From: Candidatus Omnitrophota bacterium
Lineage (GTDB): Bacteria; Omnitrophota; Gorgyraeia; 2-01-FULL-45-10
Reading direction: 5' to 3'
Length of the DNA: 64,000 nucleotides
Assembly (NCBI GenBank): GCA_041661345.1
Contig: JBAZUO010000007.1
Coordinates: forward strand, 1-64,000
The notes under the pieces were generated by a model. The model was not told the origin of the DNA. It saw only the letters and a program-made list of their open reading frames with translations, and made no database searches. Below are positions 54,659 to 64,000 of this stretch, in pieces (the stretch's first letter is position 1; each line of letters begins with the position of its first letter). Made by a program: the position numbers and the translations under genes.

Positions 54659-56110
54659 ATGAGACATTCGCGAACCAGGCGTCGATTCAAATTTGTATTG
54701 ATCTCGCTCCTTGCGGCATGTTTTATCTTTTTTGTAGAAGAAAAGATAGAGGCGTTCGTTCCGGAAGTAAGGTCCTTTGCTGAAGTCAAGATGGAAAATA
54801 TTCTCGACGGCAGAGTGAAGCTCTCCATAGGCAGTTTGGACGGAGGCATACTTCATCCGATAACAGCTAATGACATTAAGATAAGGAGCTCTGAGGCTGA
54901 CGCAATGCCGTATGTTACGATAAGTAACATAAAGACCAATTATAGAATATGGGATGTGGTCTTTCCCGGAAAACATTTTACCGCAATACCAAGCCTTCTA
55001 TCCGGACTGGACAGTGTAAATATGAACTTCTCGACCGCTAATAATGAGGCGTCCGGTTTTATAAGGCTTGAGAATAGTCCGCAAAACCTCAAGGTAACCG
55101 GGTCAGTTAATCTCTTATATGAGGACAGGGTGGATTTCACTGCCCTTGTTAAGAACGATACCTTTAGCCTGATGGTAAGACCCGGCAGAGGTATCATAAG
55201 GGCTGAAGGCAAAGTATCCGACGACGGCGAGTTGACGGTCAATTTTAAGGCCACACACCTTATCCTTGGCGGATTCGACATAGTTTGCGATGGTATTATC
55301 AGGAACAGGATACTATCCAAACCGGACGGCAGCGGTTTTTATATCAAGGGCGAATTAGAAACCAAAAACCTGATGGTTAATTATAAACCTTTTCTCGGAG
55401 TAAAAATGTCATACAAGATATGCGACGGCGTTCTTGAGGTGCCGAAACTCGAATTGGCCGATTCTTTCAGGGGAAACGGAAAATTTACGTTGTCGCGGCC
55501 GCACAATATAAATTTTTTACTGACTGCGAATAACGTGAATATCGGCTGGCTTCTGGCCAGCCTCGGTGTGAATAATGCCTCATCTATCCTGACCGGAACG
55601 ATGAATGCCAAGTTTGAGCTTAACGGGCCGCTGGCAAAGGCGCGGTCGAACGTGCAGCTCGATATACGTAAGGGGACTGTTGCTACCCTGGATTTCGATT
55701 ATCTAAGTGTGCACTTTAAGGGTGACGGGCCCATGATAAGGATAGAAGATTCGAGGATCACAAGGCCCAGCGGTTATTTCGTCCTGAAGGGGGAGATTGA
55801 CCTGAGTAAGATGGGTAAGGGTAATATATTTGGCGGGGTACTGATATCCAGCGACGATAATGCCATAACGTGGGATGGATGGAATATGACCAAAACCCAG
55901 GACGAGGAAGAAGTGAGGATGGAGAAGCGCCTTAATGATGATTTAAATATCGATTTTAAAAAGGTTTTAGCGAATGATAGGATAGACGAGAGCCTGCGTA
56001 ATACAGACGAAGTAGGGTTGGAGTACAAGCTGCATTCTAACGACAGCCTTAAGTTGTCCGTTGGTGCAGAAAAGGATTTTTTCGGATTTGAGCATAAGGA
56101 TAAATTCTAA
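54659..56110 (+). CDS. Membrane-anchored beta-rich hypothetical protein (possibly AsmA/TamB-like)
   Basis: 483 aa with an N-terminal TM anchor and repetitive beta-strand-like sequence. The C-terminus is ...GLEYKLHSNDSLKLSVGAEKDFFGFEHKDKF. It lies directly upstream of mlaEFD. The family assignment is inference only. Confidence 0.35.
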   Translation: MRHSRTRRRFKFVLISLLAACFIFFVEEKIEAFVPEVRSFAEVKMENILDGRVKLSIGSLDGGILHPITANDIKIRSSEADAMPYVTISNIKTNYRIWDVVFPGKHFTAIPSLLSGLDSVNMNFSTANNEASGFIRLENSPQNLKVTGSVNLLYEDRVDFTALVKNDTFSLMVRPGRGIIRAEGKVSDDGELTVNFKATHLILGGFDIVCDGIIRNRILSKPDGSGFYIKGELETKNLMVNYKPFLGVKMSYKICDGVLEVPKLELADSFRGNGKFTLSRPHNINFLLTANNVNIGWLLASLGVNNASSILTGTMNAKFELNGPLAKARSNVQLDIRKGTVATLDFDYLSVHFKGDGPMIRIEDSRITRPSGYFVLKGEIDLSKMGKGNIFGGVLISSDDNAITWDGWNMTKTQDEEEVRMEKRLNDDLNIDFKKVLANDRIDESLRNTDEVGLEYKLHSNDSLKLSVGAEKDFFGFEHKDKF

Positions 56111-56116
56111 CTCACT

Positions 56117-56908
56117 ATGAAAATGATACTGGATATGATAAGGATTTTAGGGGAGCGTTTCACGGGCTTCATAAGGTATACGGGAGGATTGGCGGTGCTT
56201 ACCGGGCAAACGCTTTTCTGGATACCGATGCCTCCGTTCAGGCGCCGGCAGATATTTGAGCAGATGTCAAGAATAGGTGTCGACTCACTTCCGATAGTAT
56301 CTTTAATAAGCCTCTTTACCGGTATGGTGCTCGCCCTGCAAAGCGCGTATCAGATGCAGAGATTCTCAGCCGAGATGTATATCGCATCCCTGGTCGCTTT
56401 CTCCATGTGCAGGGAGCTGGGCCCGGTCTTAACCGCGTTGATAGTTGCGGGCAGGGTGGGTGCGTCTATCACAGCCGAACTCGGAACAATGCAGGTCACA
56501 GAGCAGATCGATGCGCTTGAAACCCTTGCCACTAATCCCATAAAATACCTTGTCGTGCCGAGGTTCCTGGCGCTAATGATAATGCTTCCGTTGCTCACCC
56601 TATATGCGGATATCATCGGTATGGCCGGTGGATATATCATAGGCGTTTACAAGCTCGGTATATCACACGCGATGTATATGAAGAATACATGGCATCCGCT
56701 GAAATGTAAGGATCTCTTTACGGGGCTTATCAAGAGTTACTTCTTCGCGATAATAATATGTATAGTGGCATGTTATGAAGGTATGACGGCGGAGGGCGGC
56801 GCTGAAGGGGTCGGCCGCTCTACAACGTCGAGTGTGGTTGTAAGCTTCATTCTGATAATCGCGTGGGATTGCTTCTTCACGGCGTTGTTCTATTTTGTAA
56901 TGAGATGA
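56117..56908 (+). CDS. mlaE: MlaE-family ABC transporter permease
   Basis: 263 aa with the conserved MlaE segment RELGPVLTALIVAGRVGASITAELGTMQVTEQIDALE. Confidence 0.9.
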   Translation: MKMILDMIRILGERFTGFIRYTGGLAVLTGQTLFWIPMPPFRRRQIFEQMSRIGVDSLPIVSLISLFTGMVLALQSAYQMQRFSAEMYIASLVAFSMCRELGPVLTALIVAGRVGASITAELGTMQVTEQIDALETLATNPIKYLVVPRFLALMIMLPLLTLYADIIGMAGGYIIGVYKLGISHAMYMKNTWHPLKCKDLFTGLIKSYFFAIIICIVACYEGMTAEGGAEGVGRSTTSSVVVSFILIIAWDCFFTALFYFVMR

Positions 56909-56912
56909 CGAT

Positions 56913-57680
56913 ATGATAGAGATAATAAATCTGTGTAAATCATTTAATGGGCACGCGGTTCTGGATAACCTGAACCTGAACATAAATACCGGCGAGACGA
57001 CGGTCATAATCGGCCGGTCCGGCTGTGGTAAGAGCGTTCTTTTGAAACATATCATAGGAATTCTTAGGCCGGATTCCGGACAGGTGATCGTCGACGGCAA
57101 AGATGTTACGAAAATGGAAGAAAAGGAGCTTAACGCGCTAAGGCTTAGATTCGGTATGTTGTTTCAAGGCGCGGCTCTCTTCGATTCCCTAAACGTGCGC
57201 GGAAATGTCGCGTTCAATATGATCGAGCATATGAATTCAAAACCCTCTGAGATAGATAAGGCCGTAAAAGAGAGCCTGGCGCTCGTAGGATTAAAAGGTA
57301 TTGAGGACAAAAAGCCGGCGGAACTCTCCGGCGGGATGCGCAAGCGCGTGGGGTTGGCCAGGGCCATATGCATCCGCCCGCATATTATGCTGTATGATGA
57401 ACCCACTACCGGGGTCGACCCTATTATGGGGGACGCGGTGAATGACCTTATCATGGAACTGCACAATAAGCTTAAGATCACATCGATCGCGGTTACGCAT
57501 GACATGACAAGCGCCTACAAGATCGCGGACAGGATCGCGATGCTTTACAACGGGAAGATAATCGCCAATGGCACTCCCGACGAAATAAAGAATACGAAGG
57601 ACCCGATCGTTCGCCAGTTCGTAACCGGCGCCGGTAAGGGGCCCATAACCGAAGGCATCGATTTCGAACATTTAGTATAA
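56913..57680 (+). CDS. mlaF: MlaF-family ABC transporter ATP-binding protein
   Basis: 255 aa with Walker A GRSGCGKSV, signature LSGGMRKRVGLARA and Walker B IMLYDEPTTGVD. Confidence 0.9.
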   Translation: MIEIINLCKSFNGHAVLDNLNLNINTGETTVIIGRSGCGKSVLLKHIIGILRPDSGQVIVDGKDVTKMEEKELNALRLRFGMLFQGAALFDSLNVRGNVAFNMIEHMNSKPSEIDKAVKESLALVGLKGIEDKKPAELSGGMRKRVGLARAICIRPHIMLYDEPTTGVDPIMGDAVNDLIMELHNKLKITSIAVTHDMTSAYKIADRIAMLYNGKIIANGTPDEIKNTKDPIVRQFVTGAGKGPITEGIDFEHLV

Positions 57681-57695
57681 ACTAAAGGAGTATAA

Positions 57696-58304
57696 ATGGA
57701 CGGGACAAAAAATTTTGAACTGAAGGTCGGCATATTTATAATGATAGGTATTGCTATTTTATTTCTAATAGTCTTCTCCATAGGTGATGTCAATCTGTCC
57801 AAGACGGGCTACAGGATAAAGGTCTTGTTCGGATTTGCCGGTGGGATCGGGCCGTCGGCGCCTGTGAGATTGGCAGGTGTCGGCGTGGGGCAGGTACAGG
57901 GCATAAGGATAATTCGCGACGAACAGGCCAAGTCGACCAAAGCGGAGATCACGGTCTGGATCAACGACGGGGCGAAGGTCGAGGAGGATGCCGTTGTAAC
58001 GATCAATACGCTGGGCCTTCTGGGCGAGAAATATCTTGAGATATTTCCCGGCACCAGCGGTAAGCCGATACTTAAAAATAACGATGTTATAGCAGGTAAA
58101 GACCCTGTACCAATGGAAAAAATTACCGAGAATCTCGCGAATCTTTCGGAATCGATAAAATCGATAGTTGATAAAATTAAATCCGGCGAAGGAACTGTCG
58201 GAAAGCTTTTAATGGACGACAGCGTATATAAAAATCTCGAAGAGTTTACGGCGGACATAAAGCGACATCCTTGGAAATTACTGAATAAGCCCAGGGAAGA
58301 CTAG
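57696..58304 (+). CDS. mlaD: MlaD / MCE-domain protein
   Basis: 202 aa with an N-terminal TM anchor and an MCE domain (GYRIKVLFGFAGGIGPSAPVRLAGVGVGQV). Confidence 0.85.
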   Translation: MDGTKNFELKVGIFIMIGIAILFLIVFSIGDVNLSKTGYRIKVLFGFAGGIGPSAPVRLAGVGVGQVQGIRIIRDEQAKSTKAEITVWINDGAKVEEDAVVTINTLGLLGEKYLEIFPGTSGKPILKNNDVIAGKDPVPMEKITENLANLSESIKSIVDKIKSGEGTVGKLLMDDSVYKNLEEFTADIKRHPWKLLNKPRED

Positions 58305-58322
58305 GAAGGGGATGGCTATTAT

Positions 58323-59351
58323 ATGACAACTACATTCTTAAGGGTATTCTTTGTTTTTTTAAGCAGTGTTGCCGGATATTATATAGGATCGTTATTAGGA
58401 AATTTTACCATGCAGTGGGCGATAACCGGTTCGATAATAGGGGCCCTGGCGTCTATTACGATAATTCTTATGGAACTGGGCATGAGGAGATTTTCCATAA
58501 GGAATCTTTCGGCAGCGGTATTTGGGCTTATATTTGGATTTTTTATGGCCTGGATATTGACGAGTGTTATGCGCCTGATACCGATGACGATGCAAATGTT
58601 CTCGTCTCTGCAGATCATACTCATCCTCATATTCTGTTACCTGGGCATGATAATCGCCATGAGAGGAAAGGACGAATTCAATCTCATAATCCCGTATGTC
58701 AAATTTGTAAGGCAGGACAGGCATGACGATATAATACTGCTGGATACTTCAGTTATAATCGACGGAAGGATCGCTGATATATTCCAAACCAAGTTCATCG
58801 AGGGAAGGATAGTTATACCGCGGTTTGTACTTAAAGAATTGCAGCAGATCGCGGATTCGCAGGACTCCCTTAAGCGGAATCGCGGAAGGCGCGGGCTTGA
58901 CATATTAAACAAGATCCAGAAATCGACCTCGCTAGACGTGAGGATCCAGGAAGAAGATTTCCCCGAGACAAAAGAGGTGGACGCGAAACTCGTTAAACTC
59001 GCGAAGCTCCTCGGGGCGAAGATATTTACAAATGATTTCAATCTGAATAAGGTTGCCGAACTCCAGGGGATATCGGTCCTGAATATAAACGAGCTTGCCA
59101 ATTCGCTTCGGCCGGTGGTGCTGCCGGGTGAGACTATGGAGGCGAGGATCTCAAAGGAGGGCAAAGAATATAACCAGGGTATCGCGTACCTTGATGACGG
59201 TACCATGGTAGTGGTGGATAATTCGAGGCATCTCATAGGACAGGTTACCAAGGTTATTGTTACGAGTGTGCTGCAAACGTCAGCAGGCAGGATGATCTTC
59301 GCCAAGCTCGAAGACTCCGGCAGGACTACTACCGGTTGGAAGGGAAAATGA
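58323..59351 (+). CDS. PIN/TRAM domain membrane protein (YacL-like)
   Basis: 342 aa with four N-terminal TM helices, a PIN domain (IILLDTSVIIDGRI) and a C-terminal TRAM-like beta domain. It sits upstream of ispD-ispF, as B. subtilis yacL does. Confidence 0.8.
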   Translation: MTTTFLRVFFVFLSSVAGYYIGSLLGNFTMQWAITGSIIGALASITIILMELGMRRFSIRNLSAAVFGLIFGFFMAWILTSVMRLIPMTMQMFSSLQIILILIFCYLGMIIAMRGKDEFNLIIPYVKFVRQDRHDDIILLDTSVIIDGRIADIFQTKFIEGRIVIPRFVLKELQQIADSQDSLKRNRGRRGLDILNKIQKSTSLDVRIQEEDFPETKEVDAKLVKLAKLLGAKIFTNDFNLNKVAELQGISVLNINELANSLRPVVLPGETMEARISKEGKEYNQGIAYLDDGTMVVVDNSRHLIGQVTKVIVTSVLQTSAGRMIFAKLEDSGRTTTGWKGK

Positions 59352-60028
59352 GCCGTCCCCGCGTAATTGCGGTCGTACCGTCGGCGGGATATGGTAAGAG
59401 GTTGGGGCTAAAGAAGAAAAAGCCGTTTGTTCTTTTGGGTGGCAAACCGATCGCCAGTTACGCGCTTAAAACTCTCGGCGATTGTCCGGCTATCGATGGA
59501 ATAATAATAGCGGCGGAAGAGCCCTGTATAAAACATTTTAAGCGACTTATAGACAGATACGCGATACGCAAAGTCATCGATGTGGTAGTGGGCGGGCGGA
59601 CAAGAGCCGAGTCAGTAAGAAATTGCCTGGATGCCGTAGGGGCCTCTTTTGATATAGTGCTCATCCATGATGCGGCCAGGCCATTTGTGGATAGAGCGTT
59701 GATAGAAAAGTCGATAAAATTAGCCGCTCAATTCGGTGGCTGTATAGCGGCCCTCGAAGAGAGCGATACCGTTAAGCTCGCGGACGAAAATTTATTTATC
59801 AAAAAGACGCTCGATCGGAATTTTATCTTTCGGGCGCAGACACCGCAGGCTTTTCGCTATGGTATCATAAAAAGGGCATACGCCGCCTGTCGGGATTTTG
59901 ATAATTTTACGGACGACGCGAGCCTGGCAGAGGCCATGGGTATAAAAGTCAGGATCGTCAAGGGATCGTGTAGGAATATAAAGATAACGACTAAAGAGGA
60001 TTTAAAATTGGCGGAGGTATTATTATGA
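59348..60028 (+). CDS. ispD: 2-C-methyl-D-erythritol 4-phosphate cytidylyltransferase
   Basis: The start is taken at ATG 59348 (ATGA overlap with the upstream stop). It carries the motifs AVVPSAGYGKRLG and VLIHDAARPF. Confidence 0.92.
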   Translation: MSRPRVIAVVPSAGYGKRLGLKKKKPFVLLGGKPIASYALKTLGDCPAIDGIIIAAEEPCIKHFKRLIDRYAIRKVIDVVVGGRTRAESVRNCLDAVGASFDIVLIHDAARPFVDRALIEKSIKLAAQFGGCIAALEESDTVKLADENLFIKKTLDRNFIFRAQTPQAFRYGIIKRAYAACRDFDNFTDDASLAEAMGIKVRIVKGSCRNIKITTKEDLKLAEVLL

Positions 60029-60501
60029 CGAGGATCGGTATGGGGTATGACATTCACAGGCTAGTGGAGGATAGAAAATTGTTCCTGTGCGGGGTTGAGA
60101 TACCCTACATCAAAGGGTTATTGGGATATTCCGACGGCGATGTGGTCCTGCACGCGATCGCGGATGCTATATTAGGGGCTATGGCGCTCGGCGATATAGG
60201 CCAGCATTTTCCGAATACCGATCCTCAATATAAGGATATCGCAAGCGGCGAGATCGTGAAGAAGGTCCTCCAGATGGCCCAGGGGAAAAAATTTGTCGTG
60301 AGGAATGTGGATACCGTAATACTTGCAGAAGAGCCGAAGGTATTTCCGTTCAAGGATAAGATGCTCGAAAACCTGGAAGGCATATTGGGAATAAAGAGGG
60401 ACAGGATCAATATAAAAGCGACAACGAATGAAAGCGTCGGATCTATCGGGCGGGGTGACGCCATAGCCGCTTACGCGGTAGTGATGATGGAAGAGAAATA
60501 A
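60025..60501 (+). CDS. ispF: 2-C-methyl-D-erythritol 2,4-cyclodiphosphate synthase
   Basis: 158 aa with [11 protein letters not shown]...[27 protein letters not shown], typical of IspF. Confidence 0.95.
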   Translation: MTRIGMGYDIHRLVEDRKLFLCGVEIPYIKGLLGYSDGDVVLHAIADAILGAMALGDIGQHFPNTDPQYKDIASGEIVKKVLQMAQGKKFVVRNVDTVILAEEPKVFPFKDKMLENLEGILGIKRDRINIKATTNESVGSIGRGDAIAAYAVVMMEEK

Positions 60502-61175
60502 TGATCTGCATGAGCATATTGTTAAATATACTGTTGATCTTCGTCGTATTCTGGATGGCGATAGCGATCCTATTCAGGCAGGAGATAAAGTCTGTCTTCG
60601 AGAAAGATCCGGCCGCTACAAACTATATCGAAGTCCTCCTCACATATTCCGGACTGCACGCGGTCATATTTTACAGGGTATCTCATGTTCTGTTGAAGAT
60701 GGGTGTGCCTTTCTTTCCGAGGTATATTTCACAGATGGGCCGTTTCTTTACCGGCATAGAGATACACCCAGGCGCTGTTATAGGAAAGCAGTTTTTTATC
60801 GATCATGGCATGGGCGTTGTGATAGGCGAAACGACCATAATAGGCGATGATGTTCTTCTTTATCAGGGTGTAACGCTCGGCGGTACCGGTAAAGAGCGCG
60901 GCAAACGCCATCCCACGATCGGCAACAACGTGGTTATAGGCGCGGGCGCTAAGGTGCTGGGTAATATAACGATCGGCGATAATTCGTACATAGGTTCGAA
61001 CGCTGTGGTGATCAAAGACGTCCCGCCCAATTCTACGGTCGTTGGAATTCCCGGTAGAATAACGAAGCAGGAAGGCAAAAAAATAGATGTAGGCCTCGAC
61101 CATATCCACGTTCTCGATCCGATACTGCAGGAGATGGAGGAGTTAAGGCGCCGATTAGATAAGCTGGAAAAGTGA
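60501..61175 (+). CDS. cysE: Serine O-acetyltransferase
   Basis: 224 aa with the hexapeptide-repeat LbH domain ([44 protein letters not shown]). It has an unusually hydrophobic N-terminus, and alternative starts at 60510 or 60555 are possible. Confidence 0.88.
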   Translation: MICMSILLNILLIFVVFWMAIAILFRQEIKSVFEKDPAATNYIEVLLTYSGLHAVIFYRVSHVLLKMGVPFFPRYISQMGRFFTGIEIHPGAVIGKQFFIDHGMGVVIGETTIIGDDVLLYQGVTLGGTGKERGKRHPTIGNNVVIGAGAKVLGNITIGDNSYIGSNAVVIKDVPPNSTVVGIPGRITKQEGKKIDVGLDHIHVLDPILQEMEELRRRLDKLEK

Positions 61176-62553
61176 AGATATATAACTCCCTTACACGAAA
61201 AAAAGAAGAATTCACGCCCATAAACAAGTCCCGCGTAAGCATGTATGTCTGCGGCCCAACTGTTTATGACGAACCCCATATAGGGCACGCAAGAAGCGCA
61301 TACATATTCGATTTCGTAAGACGATATCTTGCATACCGGGGGCTAAAGGTTACATTCGTCAGGAATGTAACGGACGTGGACGATAAGATCATCGATAAAG
61401 CCAAAAAAGAGTCGGCCAGCGTTACAGATGTTTCGAAGAAATACCTTGATGCTTATCACCGCGATATGGGCATTCTGGGTATTGCCAGCCCTACAAAGAA
61501 CCTAAAGCTACCGAGTATATCCCAAAGATGGTCAAATTTATCGAGCTTCTCATAAAGAGAGATTGCGCGTATCCGGCCGGCGGTGATGTTTATTTTGATA
61601 TAAAGAAAGCGAAGAATTACGGAAAATTATCTAATCAGAACCTCGACAAGATGGAGTCCGGGGCCAGGATAACCTCCGGCGAGAATAAAAAAGATCCGCT
61701 CGATTTTGCCCTCTGGAAGAAAGCTAAGGAGGACGAGCCTTCGTGGGATAGCCCGTGGGGAAAAGGACGTCCGGGCTGGCACATCGAGTGCTCGGTGATG
61801 AGTTCTCATATCCTGGGCGACGAATTTGACATTCACGGCGGCGGCATTGACCTGATATTTCCGCACCACGAGAACGAGATTGCGCAATCCGAAGGCGCCG
61901 GCAAAAAATTCGCAAGATACTGGATCCACAACGGCCTTCTTACTATAAACAACGAAAAGATGGCGAAGTCTTTAGGAAATTTCATCTCGATAAAGGATTT
62001 CATCGCGAAATATAAAGATGCCGATTACCTGAAACTGCTGTTCCTGAATACTCACTACAGGCATCCGGTCGATTATACCGATGAGAAGATCATCGAGATG
62101 AAAGCGCAGAAGGAGAGATTCCTGATACTGCTTGATAAATTGAATAGGAATAAGGGGCAAGGGGCGAAGGGCAGGGGAAAATACAGTACGGAATTGGAAA
62201 GTTTCAGGAATAGGTTCGAAGAAGCGATGGACGATGATTTCAATACGCCGATTGCCCTGGCCGCGTTATTCGACCTGGTCACATACGCGAATAAGCATAT
62301 TAATGACGAAGATGCGAATGCGGCCAAAAATTTATTATTGGAATTAAGCGATGTATTCGCCCTGGATCTTTCGAAGAGCGTTGCCGTATCCGTAATGGAT
62401 GACGGTGTGATATCGAAATTGGTGAAAGAAAGAAACGATGCCAGGTCCAAAAAAGATTTCAAAAAATCGGATGATATCAGAAAAAGGCTTGATTCCGAAG
62501 GCGTGATCATCGAGGATACAAAAGACGGTACCGTATGGCGAAAAAAAATCTAA
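61172..62553 (+). pseudogene. cysS: Cysteine--tRNA ligase, interrupted by a 1-nt deletion (frameshift) near 61498
   Basis: ORF 61172-61555 has a GTG start and the HIGH motif (PHIGHARS) and reads ...GIASPTK, then goes out of frame. The -1 frame from 61501 reads PKATEYIPKMVKFIELLIKRDCAY and continues into ORF 61528-62553 (KMSKS-type KMAKSLGN). Restoring AAGGAACC at 61496-61502 (observed AAGAACC) gives one protein of about 460 aa. Confidence 0.9.
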
Positions 62554-63176
62554 GAAGAGGGCTCTTCATAACCTTTGAAGGGCCGGAAGGATGCGGGAAG
62601 AGCACCCATTCTAAACTTGTTTATGATTACCTTAAGAAACGTTTTAGCGGCTGTATTCATACGAGGGAGCCGGGAGGTACAAAGCTCGGCGAGAGGATCA
62701 GGGAAGTGCTGCTGCATTCCGACGGGATAAAGATATCCAACCTGACGGAACTGTTTCTATTTGAGTCAGCGCGCTCACAGATAGTCGATGAGATCATAAA
62801 GCCTAACCTCGCAAAGAAGAGAATAGTGATATGCGACCGGTTCAGTGACGCGACATTCAGTTATCAGGGTTATGGGGGCGGGCTTCCTATAGAGATGATA
62901 AGAGTCCTGGACGGGATTGCCGCGAGAGGATTGAAACCGGATCTGACCATACTTCTTGACATAGATACGATGACCGGGCTTGACCGGGCGAAGGCAAAGG
63001 GTAAGGACAGGATGGAGAGTAAAGCCGCCGCTTACCACGCCCGTGTACGACGGGGTTACCTGAAACTTGCGAAGAAAGAGCCGCTGAGGATAAAGGTTAT
63101 AAAGGTAGTGGGTACTATCGAAGAGACTCAGAGTCTTGTAAGGCGAGAGGTGGAAGGTGTCATTCAAAGATATTAA
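62535..63176 (+). CDS. tmk: Thymidylate kinase
   Basis: 213 aa with the P-loop FITFEGPEGCGKST, a DRF-type motif (CDRFSDATFSYQG) and a lid region. Confidence 0.93.
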   Translation: MAKKNLRRGLFITFEGPEGCGKSTHSKLVYDYLKKRFSGCIHTREPGGTKLGERIREVLLHSDGIKISNLTELFLFESARSQIVDEIIKPNLAKKRIVICDRFSDATFSYQGYGGGLPIEMIRVLDGIAARGLKPDLTILLDIDTMTGLDRAKAKGKDRMESKAAAYHARVRRGYLKLAKKEPLRIKVIKVVGTIEETQSLVRREVEGVIQRY

Positions 63177-64000
63177 GGGGCAGGATAACGCTATTTTGTT
63201 TTTGAAGAGGTCCAGCAAAAACGGCAGGACATCGCACGCATATATATTTTCAGGCCCATCGGGGGTCGGCAGGAAACTCACGGCATTGAATTTTGCGAAA
63301 TTTATCAATTGTCATGCCGCTGAAGACGACAGGCCTTGCGACAAATGCCCGTCCTGCAGGAAGGCGGATTCGCATAATCATCCTGATATATTTCTTGTTT
63401 CGCCCGAGAAGGCAGGTTCGAGCATTGGCATAGACAAGGTGAGAGCGGTAATAAAAAATATCGGTTTGAAACCGTACGAGGCTGGAACCAAAGTTTATAT
63501 CATAGATGATGCGATGAATATGACACAGGAAGCGCAGAATGCATTGCTTAAGACGCTCGAAGAGCCGCCGTCGGATTCGGTGCTTATATTCATAGTGGAT
63601 AACCAAAGAGGGCTTTTATCGACGATCGAGTCGCGGTGCCAGGTCGTTAAATTCTTTCCTATAGACGCTGCCTTAAGGTATAAGGATGAGAAACTCTCTA
63701 AGAAAAGATCGCAGATCCTGAACGGGATCGCGGATGGTTCGTTATTTGATTCCGATTTCGAGGGGCTTACGAAGCCGGAATTAAGGTTGTCCCTGGATAT
63801 AATGTTAACATGGTACAGGGATATACTTGTGGCGAAATCAGGAGGAGCGCTAAAATCTTTGTTGGTGAATGCGGATAGGGCACAGGCCATAGATGAAGAG
63901 GCGCGGCATATGGATTTTGCATTCCTCGACAAGGTCATAAAACAAATTATTCTAACCGGTCAATTTTTGGATCAGAACATAAATCCGAAACTGGCCATGA
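63157..64000 (+). CDS. holB: DNA polymerase III subunit delta' (3' end cut by window edge)
   Basis: Not in the ORF track. The frame is open from GTG 63157 (after TAA at 63139) to the window end. The translation reads SFKDIKGQDNAILFLKRSSKNGRTSHAYIFSGPSGVGRKLTALNFAKFINC...CDKCPSCRK...IIDDAMNMTQEAQNALLKTLEEPP. This gives the AAA+ clamp-loader motifs and a zinc module, in the tmk-holB context. Confidence 0.88.
   Translation, partial: MSFKDIKGQDNAILFLKRSSKNGRTSHAYIFSGPSGVGRKLTALNFAKFINCHAAEDDRPCDKCPSCRKADSHNHPDIFLVSPEKAGSSIGIDKVRAVIKNIGLKPYEAGTKVYIIDDAMNMTQEAQNALLKTLEEPPSDSVLIFIVDNQRGLLSTIESRCQVVKFFPIDAALRYKDEKLSKKRSQILNGIADGSLFDSDFEGLTKPELRLSLDIMLTWYRDILVAKSGGALKSLLVNADRAQAIDEEARHMDFAFLDKVIKQIILTGQFLDQNINPKLAM

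Overview
This is a 64-kb chromosomal window with about 60 genes. Almost all are on the + strand; the exceptions are rpsT and one minus-strand block at 38.3-42.0 kb. No database search or computation was run, so all calls rest on reading the supplied ORF translations and the DNA by eye.

Gene content points to a diderm bacterium: LptE, a BamD-like protein, LolC/E-LolD, MlaEFD, Lnt and MurJ are all present. Several gene orders are nevertheless Firmicute-like: mcsA-mcsB-clpC ... yacL-like-ispD-ispF-cysE-cysS, and comEA-comEC ... holA/rpsT.

Layout:
- 1-15.7 kb: a Wzy-type surface-polysaccharide locus. It holds five glycosyltransferases, two methyltransferases, a Wzy/O-antigen-ligase-like protein, a priming phosphotransferase, an outer-membrane barrel, a Wza-like exporter and a Wzc-like tyrosine autokinase. 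Four small envelope or signalling genes are embedded in it.
- 15.7-18.3 kb: tRNA-Ala(GGC), a GT-C/TPR membrane protein and tRNA-Leu(CAA).
- Remainder: housekeeping genes (nfo, leuS, comEA/EC, pilZ, lptE, holA, rpsT, murJ, uvrC, prfB, secA, lnt, lysS, lolCD, ilvE, mcsAB-clpC, mlaEFD, ispDF, cysES, tmk, holB), an ECF sigma/anti-sigma pair, spoVG and a PAS-GAF-GGDEF-HD-GYP protein.

No CRISPR array, IS element, integrase, prophage or recognisable defence system was seen.

Observations most worth follow-up:
1. Homologous structured trailers of about 150 nt lie behind two different tRNA genes and bracket the GT-C/TPR gene.
2. An orphan strong promoter plus terminator bracket a GC-rich, rod-pairing, roughly 200-nt non-coding region between spoVG and the anti-sigma gene.
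3. A direct repeat with a 20-nt perfect core duplicates the sigma/anti-sigma junction upstream of spoVG.
4. Single-G deletions split both clpC and cysS.
5. A BamD-like protein carries a long Lys/Glu/Pro-rich tail with repeated Trp motifs.
6. A compact UvrC lacks the C-terminal HhH domain.

prfB shows the classical +1 frameshift site.
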